Shown: one piece after another, positions 55,798-64,000 of the stretch
How the letters are laid out: the number at the start of each line of letters is the position of its first letter
How positions within the stretch are numbered: position 1 is the first letter of the stretch
DNA from: Octopus vulgaris
Lineage: Eukaryota
Assembly: GCA_951406725.2 (NCBI GenBank)
Contig: OX597816.1
Coordinates: 69,006,001-69,070,000 of the forward strand
Direction: 5' to 3'
Length of the DNA: 64,000 bases
Position numbers and translations under genes: made by a program
The notes under the pieces: model-generated
What the model was told of the DNA's origin: nothing
Seen by the model: only the letters and a program-made list of their open reading frames with translations
Databases searched by the model: none

Positions 55798-57277
55798 GTT
55801 GTTGTTGTTGTTGCTGTTGCTGTTATTGTTGTTATTGTTGTTGTTTCGTAAAACTGTTAGAGGGATTTAAAAATGCTTCTCAGTATTTGTTCCTGACAAT
55901 TACATCTGTGTTTCAAATGGGAACGAGTTCAGCTTAGCGTTTACGTTTGCAAACTCAATAGAATGAAGTACCAGTGAAATATCAGACCAATCTCATTGAC
56001 TTAATCCCACCTCTAAGAATTGCTGGCTTTGTGCTTAAATCAGAAAACTTGATCATTTTTGCGCTTCCCATCCTTCCTCCTCTTCCACCTCCTCCTATTC
56101 CTCCACTTTCTCCTGGTCTTCCTCCTCCTCCAACTCTTAATCTTCCTGCTCTGCCTCCTCTTTTTTTGCCAACTATCAAGACTTCCCCTACTCTTCCTCT
56201 ACCCCTTACTACTACTACTACTACTACTACTAGAAATAATTTTTTTAAGACTAGAAGAGAGATTGAGAGGTTGAAAATTGTGTTATCACAATTCACATAA
56301 AGTTTACGCCATGATTCCCGACCTGCACGCTTGCGCTGTATCTGTTGTCCGTTTATTAAACATTTGGATGTGATTTCGTATACATACAAAACTTGTTAAT
56401 CAGAAAGTCATGATTTAATCAAGTTTGTATATGCTTCAATACGTGCCAAAACATCAAACGGACATTTTTGAAAAGAAACACTGTGGAGTAATAACACTCT
56501 GTAGTTTGGTTATTCAGATCTGATTAACAAAACATTAATATACTGAAGCTTATTGCATTTGTGATATTTAATACAATATCGATAAGGGGGTGGGTCTATT
56601 GAAAGCAATATTAAAGCTGTTATGTCATATAGATTCTTAACGTCTCTCTCTTTCTCTCTCTCTCTCTCTCAGTTTAATAATACCATTTCATATTTTGCTT
56701 TTATATTCTCTAGTAATATCACATATTAGCTACGGATAGTACCACAGCAATCTTCAGAAGATCACAATTAAATGGCTTCCGAAGTACAGTATCACTATAA
56801 TCAACAACAGCCGTCAAGGTACAAGGTCCTTTTAGTCTATTATTCTTTTACCAATTTCTGTCCTTAGACCTCGGCCATGATGTCGCTCCCCTGCTACATT
56901 GCATGCAGCTTTGTTGGATTTTTATGGTTGAAAGTTTATCTATAACTGTCTTTGTAATAGCTGATCTTAACTGAGTGTAAGCATTCGCAGTTGGCTAGTC
57001 CAATGTTCTGTGTAGGAGTATGTCCAACTCATTCTTTAAGATTACAATAGGGTTCCTTTTTTATATTTCTGATTAATTTAGATACGTTGTTAAACACAAG
57101 ATGGCCGCTAAATAGAAGTTTGTTTGTAACAATACAGTCTCCTTTTCTACATTTCGGAAGGTGGTATATGTAGATACTGGTTGTCTGAGCAGTAGTTTTC
57201 TTTCTTACATGAATATGAGACATGACCTTGTAGATTTTCAACATAAATACTCAACATAAATAATGTCTGTCTGTATG

Positions 57278-57331
<54 letters not shown>

Positions 57332-57450
57332 GATGCCATATGTACACGCACACACATATGTGTGTATGTATTATGTTGTATATTTCTATTTGTCTATGTA
57401 TGTCTGTGTCTGTCTGTGTCTGTCTCTCTCTCTATTTCCTATCTCTCCCC

Positions 57451-57489
<39 letters not shown>

Positions 57490-58259
57490 GCACCTTTCAG
57501 GAAAGATGACTTGCAGAGCGTTGAGACATTCCAAGTAATGGAGGCTTTTAACTGATGTCCATTTCCTTTTCCTTTCTCTATTTCTTGTTGGGCTAGGGGA
57601 AATCGCAGTGTCCGCAGACGCCACAGACTTTCTTAGAACATTAACATTGATGCAAATAATAAACATTTTTACATCTTTGTAGGTCAACATATGTTGGAAA
57701 GACTTCAGAAAGAAGGGAACTCAAAAGAAATGAATATCACAAGCATATCACAAGCAGTAGTAGTTAGAGTGGTGTTCGCCGTTGGCGACAGAATGAGAGA
57801 TTTGATTGAAGATAGTGAGCCTGCAGATAAAGAATCGCTGAAACCAGTAGATGGACAGTTTCGTTAAAAGTTTCATATGTCAGGTACAGTCAAGAAGGCC
57901 CATTCGGTTAGGGAAATAGGAGCGCAAAAGTCCAGTGGGTCCAAAATAGAAAATGTGTGGTAGTTGTTAAGGTGATATCTGTGTGTGGGAATGTAGAAAC
58001 ACACACACATACATACATGCATATATCTCTCTCTCTCTATATATATATATATATACATATATATATGTTCGTGTGTGCGTGCGTGAGTGTGTGTGTGTAT
58101 ATGTTGTATATGCGTTGTAGTGAAATCCTGACACCCCTGTGGGATAGCATGTCAAGTGTCCTAATCCAAATAAAGTTCCATACGCACTGTCATTGAAGGA
58201 CAGTGTGCTGCGCGCTACTTTGAGTTGTGGTCGGTTATATGTTGTTTGACGTCGTTATA

Positions 58260-58390
58260 GGCGGCGAGCTGGCAGAAACGTTAGCACGCCGGGCGAAATG
58301 CGTAGCCGTATTTCGTCTGCCGTTACGTTCTGTGTTCAAATTCCGCCGAGGTTGACTTTGCCTTTCATCCTTTCAGGGTCGATAAATTAA
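58260..58390 (+). mobile_element. SINE family B, truncated by the next insertion
   Basis: ggcggcgagctggcagaaacgttagcacgccgggcg...gtcgataaattaa. Confidence 0.85.
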
Positions 58391-58553
58391 GGGATCTTTT
58401 CCTTTTGAACGGAAGTTTTCAACACAATTTCTAGTTAACTAAACACTTTTAAACTTCGTATACTGGTAGAATGTGTCAAAATAAAACATATTTTTCTCTT
58501 GGCTTTCTTGGAGAAAATTGTAATTTGTAAGTTTAACGTAGTTTAATTTTTCG
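58391..58553. mobile_element. Possible Kolobok-like DNA transposon end
   Basis: Begins TTAA|GGGATCTTTTC and interrupts the SINE at a TTAA. The second end was not found. Confidence 0.3.
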
Positions 58554-58559
58554 AGGATG

Positions 58560-60410
58560 ATTAAATGGAACTGCAAGAGAAACCTTGTGAGGAAGCTCTA
58601 GGTGACGAGAAAGAGATGAGGGAAGATGCAGCGAAGACAGTGAAAAAGGAGAATAGTGCGCCAGAGGAAGCTGGAAGGCCCACATCTACCGAGGTGAGTG
58701 AGAAGGAATGGTCAGTCGCAAGGAAGAAGAAGAAAAACATAAATTCTCGTTCTCTTCCTCCAACAAACAAAAAGTTTTAAAATGAATGCACAAGAACAGT
58801 TACGAACGCGGACAAAAGACATTACAAACGAAAAAAGGAAAAAGATACCCCACAAAAAAACATTGACTATACAACACAAGTAAGACGCAGCAAAGACAAA
58901 GAGACAAAAATAATCGTTTAAAAACTCTTTCTAAAACTATTCAATGACATTATCTGGAGTGTGGGGTTCGAGTTAACGTCGTTCCACCTTTTCATTCGAT
59001 TTCATTTCCCCCCACTTTTGTGTTTAGGCTGTCCTTGTCCCCCCTATGTTAGGCCCTGTGTGGCTAGTAAAGAAATACAGTTTGCTGTGCGCTAAAACAG
59101 TGTCATATATCTTTCAATCAATTTACGTCGTAGGCGCCGTTATGCCAAGGTTCCGAGTTCGCGTAAGTTGTTCGCTTGTTTCATGCAATTGTAACACGTT
59201 TTTCTGGTGTTTTGTGTTTTTCTACACTGTTTTGCTGCCTTGTAGCGGTACTGCTAGCGTTTACACTCGGTTGAAGGTGAAAGCCCTGAGAATATTGAAG
59301 CGCTGTGAATATTCAGGCTGCCCCAGCAACATAAAAGAAATTGTCAACACCATGACGGTGGGAGACGAGGTGAGGGTTAGGGTGGTGGCAGAATGTAGAA
59401 GGCTGAGGTGCTACAACTGTGGACAGTTGAGACACATATAGGCCAAGTGCCCCTCCCTATAGAAGGACAAAAAGAAGCTCTAGTGAAGACAGTGTCTCCG
59501 GCAGTCTTAATATCAGGAACTGAGGACGGAAACGGGAAACCAGGAGTACAAAAAGAAAAATCAACAGAATGAACAGAGGTGGACAAGAAAAGGAAAAAAA
59601 GAAAACAGCAAACCAGTGAGGTAGTACCTCAACCCATTCCCGTCCCACCCCCGGTCCACACCCCAACCTTCCTCCCCCTGCAGACACCACTCCTTTTCTT
59701 ACTCCACCAGACATGAACACATGCAAACACACGCGCCACAAATTGCCAATCCCCCACCCAGGTAAAGGTACCTTATCGTTTTATACAACAGTGCAAAGGT
59801 GTCATTGAGAAAATAAGATAGTGAACTCTGATATAGAGGTGGACACGAAGGATTGTAAGGGGTTACATCCGAGTGTAAGGCGTATTCCTATGTTGAAGGA
59901 GAATTATCCCAAATTAAAGACATGTATAGGTGAGATGTTTACTACACGGAAAGAGTCGTCGACCTGAACTCGTCACACCCTAAGGTAAGATTGAATTAAA
60001 TTTACTCAGAAACAATAGGAACGAAAGGTTGTTGCAGTCTTGAAGTTTTGACTCAGTTTGAACAGTGATTATAACAGTAATGTTTTAGAGGCATAAGTGA
60101 TACATTGTTATTGTGTACAATAAAAAAAAGACCATGTAATTGCGTATGATCTGATCCAACATAGAACTGTACTTGTTAACATCGTATTTTGACTGTTTTA
60201 GAAGGAAAATAAGTGGATGGGGGGGGAGCAATTTAATGTGTTGTAAAAAAGAGATCCAATGAAACTGCTCGGTCGTGGGATCGAATGCCATTCATTTCAT
60301 TTTTTAATTTTTCGATTCCATCTTTTTCATTCGTTTTTCTCCCCCCCCCCACTTTGTCTGTCCTTCTTTTTCCCCTCTATGTTAGGCCCTGTGTGGCCAA
60401 ATAAAGAAAT
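58560..60410 (+). mobile_element. Tandem Tx1/L1-derived ORF1-only elements (58560-59077; 59078-60410)
   Basis: Zinc knuckle CYNCGQLRHI*AKC at ~59409-59450. Shared 3' end cc.ctatgttaggccctgtgtggc.a.taaagaaatacagt at ~59041-59081 and ~60373-60414. No RT motifs seen. Confidence 0.65.
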
Positions 60411-60451
60411 ACAGTGTGATGTGTGCAGGTGATTTTTGAAGAGAAACGTAG

Positions 60452-61625
60452 ATGTCGTTGAGAAAGGATACTGTTTGTTACACGTTGTTTCTGATTTACA
60501 TTTGTATTGTTATAATCTTGTTATAACCTCACGTTATAAAGAGGTATATGCTGTGAGTTCAAATAAGAACATAACAGTGTCGGCGAGACACAACAGAGGC
60601 AACGAGACATTCGAAGCTCACAGTGGACGTTCGTAGCATGGAAGACCTTTTAGCTCCTGTGGGGCAGTTGCAACGGCAATTGCAACAACAACGACAAGTG
60701 GGGCAGTTGCAACGGCAGTTGCAACAACAATGAACACTGCTGCAGTAATAAAAAAAAAAATCTCATGTTCATTTTCGGCAGATGCGGTTACTAATTCTAT
60801 TAAAGAATTCACGTATAATCCGGAAGGGATTATACGTTTTCTGCATACTTCAGACGGTATGAAGGAATCTTCACGGAAGAGTGTAAAAGCTGGACGGACG
60901 AAAAGAAGGTACGTTTTATTTTAAGGAAATTATCATCAGCAAAACATGAAAATTTTTATAACTACATCTTGCCGAGAAAACCATCCGAAAATTGTTTTGA
61001 AGTAACAATTAACCTATTACCAAAAGTATTCATTGAAGAAAGTTCACTATTTAATATTCGCTGGAGCGTTTGAATTTGTAAGAAAAAAAGAAAAGAAACG
61101 GAAGATTACGTTACGTATGCCGGATTCATAAATAGAGAATGTGAAAAATTTAAACTCGACGAATTAAGCTCGGACATGTTTAAATGTTTAATCTTTGTAC
61201 AAGGATTAACGCAAGTAAATATGCAGGGATAAGGGATCGAATATAATGACAAAGCTTGAACAAGATTCAAAACTAATGCTACAAATAGTGGTTGAATAAT
61301 ACCAAAGAATTATAAATCTACGACAGGACAGAAAACAATTGAAAAAAAGATTATTCAAATATACATACATGTCGCCCAGTAACAGATACGAAAATGAGAA
61401 AAACAACAGTCAAATCCCAAACCATGTTGTGGAGGAGGAGGAAAAATGCATTTGAAATGAAGCTGTCGTTTTAAGAATCTAAAATGTTTGGGTGGAATTT
61501 TTGAGGGTAATGGAAAGTGGTGAATTAAGGCCATTGGATTGTCGGCTTGAAGAGATCGATCTTGTCTTTTCGTATTAAGAGCAAATGAATGCACCGTTTT
61601 CGCTTACCATAGAAATGTTAGCTAT
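60452..61625 (+). mobile_element. Gypsy LTR retrotransposon remnant (LTR, PBS-like site, gag; inverted integrase scrap)
   Basis: ...aacataaca gtgtcggcgag (decayed TGGCGACGAG PBS). gag reads YFRRYEGIFTEECKSWTDEKKVRFILRKL and EDYVTYAGFINRECEKFKL..MFKCLIFVQGL. Minus strand has MVSENGAF near 61600. Confidence 0.8.
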
Positions 61626-62300
61626 TCGTCAATGCATGAATCCACATACTAACCGATGACTTAAATCTGTTTACACTTTAATGGATGTCTTTAAGTAAGT
61701 ATCTACTGTCAAATATTTTCAATTCAACATCCGTGTAAATATTAGATAGTTCTGCATGCGTTTCATGATGATTATTTATGTTAACCTGAATGCTCTTCTA
61801 CGCTTTCAATAATTTAGTTAACCATAAACATCCTTCTTCATACTGAACTCTTGTATGCACCTTCCTCAGGATGTACATAGTAGACCAAGAAATATATTAA
61901 GAATTTCTTAACCACATGTCCATTTAATATTTGTAACACTTATATATATTCGGCGACGTATATGACACTGCTTTCATATTCTGTATTCGATATCATTTCC
62001 GTATTTATACATAAATGCATAATATGATATATATAGGGGTTTTACTTGTCGTATGATGGGTCAGCTTGGAGGTACATTTTTGCCACCGTGAGCAATACCA
62101 CGAAATACAGCATACATAGAGTAATCATATTTTAACTGTTATCAAATTTGCCATCCTATAAAAATATATGCCTGTACGTACCGATCTCTGTGGACGCATG
62201 GGTTTATACATATTTTGTGTGTGTGTGTATGAGTGTGTTGTTTTTTGTGTGTTTGTGTGTATGATATTTGTATGACTTGTATTTTTCTAAGAATAAACAT

Positions 62301-62463
62301 AGGCGCAGGAGTGGCTGTGTGATAAGAAGCTTGCTTACCAACCACATGGTTCCGAGTTCAGTCCCCCTGCGTGGCATCTTCGGCAAGTGTCTTCTACTAT
62401 TGCTTAGGGCCGACCAAAGCCTTGTAAGTGGATTTGGTAGACGGAAACTGAAAGAAGCCCGTC

Positions 62464-62503
<40 letters not shown>

Positions 62504-62700
62504 GTTTGTGTGTCTATGTTTGTCCCCGCAACATCGCTTGACTACCGATGCTGTTCGGTCAGCGTTCTCGTAACATAGCGGTTTGGCAAGAGAGACTGAT
62601 AGAATACGTACTAGACTTACAAAGAATAAGTCCTGGGGTCGATTTGCTCGACTAAAGATGGTGCTCTAGCATGGCCGCAGTCAAATGACTGAAACAAATT
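62301..62700 (+). mobile_element. Full-length SINE (family A)
   Basis: ggcgcaggagtggctgtgtgataag...gagttcagtccc...cggcaagtgtcttctactat...gactgaaacaa. Confidence 0.92.
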
Positions 62701-62798
62701 AACGTAAAATTAAAAGAATGTTTCAGCGTGGAAGGTGTTTATAAGCTATTTAAGAAACACACAAAAGCCGTTCGATTCACTTCAACATTTAAGTTTAA

Positions 62799-62848
62799 TT
62801 TGTCAAAATATTTTCGTCGCTAAAATCCGCGACCTGTTCACTGACAAA
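62799..62848 (-). ncRNA. G3-C8 variant hammerhead motif (left arm)
   Basis: Exact reverse complement of 63332-63381. Confidence 0.7.
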
Positions 62849-63331
62849 AAATCCGTGCTGCATCTGAGAAAGTAACTACTAGTTCGTCATATATATGTAC
62901 GTATGTATGTGTGTATGTATGCATACATGTGTGTATGTATGTACGTATGCATGTACGTACATATGCCTGTGTATGCGTGTATGTATGTATGTATGTATGT
63001 ATGTATATATGTATGTGTGTGTATATGCACGCACATACACACTATAAACATAAAGCTATAAACCTGTAGCGATGGATAGATGTAGAGTGACCACTCATCA
63101 CAATAATATCAAATTTCAACTTCCCCCGGCCGAAGCCTGGAAGTGATTTACGACCCTTACTCCCAAAAAGTAATGGTCGTAAATCACATACATACATACA
63201 TGCATACACAGGCATATGTATGTACATGCATACGTACATACATACTCACATGTATGCATACATACACACATACATACGTACATATATATATGACGAACTA
63301 ACTGTTACTTTCTCAGATGCAGCACGGATTT

Positions 63332-63381
63332 TTTGTCAGTGAACAGGTCGCGGATTTTAGCGACGAAAATATTTTGACAAA
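63332..63381 (+). ncRNA. G3-C8 variant hammerhead motif (right arm)
   Basis: TTTGTCA GTGAACA G GTCGC ggatttta GCGAC GAAA ATAT TT TGACAAA. 7-bp stem I, 5-bp stem II, palindromic AATATT stem III. Confidence 0.72.
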
Positions 63382-64000
63382 TTAAACTTAAATGTTGAAG
63401 TGAATCGAACGGCTTTTGTGTGTTTCTTAAATGGCTTATAAACACCTTCCACGCTGCAATTGTTTTCGTTTCAGCACACGATCTCAGATCAAATTACTTG
63501 CTATGCGAGTACATCTCCGTAATAAAAGAATGTTTTTCTTTAGAGAGATATAAACTAATTCATATATATGTGAGTAGGTTTATATTGTGACGGATAGAAA
63601 TACTATATAACATAAAAAAAAACAAAGTCAAGGTTCGCATTTATCAGTGCTGCGAATATGAAGCAATGCTCCCTTCCTATGTGTTATTTTTTGAAGTTGC
63701 TGTAAGTGGTTAACTATCTTCGAATAATGTTTCATATAAGCTATAATCCACTAGAAATGTTATATTTTTTTACGTTTTGCTTACTTTCATATCATTGATA
63801 TTTCACATTTATGATGAGCTAATCTAGTTAGTGTTCGTTGCATATCCACGGATTAATTTCTACTTTGTAGGAAAACAGCTGTTGCAAACAGAAATAATCT
63901 TTCTTTTTATTTATAGTTCAGACTAAAATATCTAACGTTATCGTCTTTAAGACAGCAAATTAAACGTCGTAATGAAAAGGATTCTTTGCTTGAGTTTCCA

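Larger units (their letters stand above)
62724..63522 (+). mobile_element. Fold-back HHR retroelement (family H2) with ~270-bp inverted arms and 13-bp TSD
   Basis: 62724-~62995 is inverted to ~63187-63456. TSD taaaagaatgttt at 62711-62723 and 63523-63535. Confidence 0.9.

Noticed and set aside
55974-56389. Pro-rich / Gly-rich ORFs
   Set aside because: A degenerate (CCT)n tract following a SINE tail.
56714-56945. Possible start exon MASEVQYHYNQQQPS
   Set aside because: The donor is weak, and the continuations checked hit stops quickly.

Overview
AT-rich, repeat-saturated eukaryotic DNA. The SINE families and the dense (TA)n/(CA)n/(ATCT)n/(AAT)n microsatellites suggest an octopus-like cephalopod; this is an inference. 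There is no intact protein-coding gene, and most ORF-track entries are microsatellite artefacts. Recognisable content is decayed transposons: Penelope-like elements (PLE; RT and GIY-YIG remnants), RTE, CR1, Tx1/L1, R4/Dong and Gypsy retroelements, three or more tRNA-derived SINE families, Helitron and hAT non-autonomous elements, and an (AAT)n-embedded ~555-bp repeat. The main signal is a set of about a dozen minimal hammerhead-ribozyme (HHR) motifs carried by short (TA)n-tailed and often fold-back (inverted-duplicate) elements. They show all four Watson-Crick pairings at catalytic-core positions 3:8 (C-G, G-C, U-A, A-U). One is an ~800-bp element with a 13-bp target-site duplication (TSD) and two identical G3-C8 hammerheads in opposite orientation. 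A few weak splice-signal exons and a decayed MATH/TRAF-like segment are flagged at low confidence. Coordinates were counted by eye, and element ends without a TSD or terminal motif are approximate.
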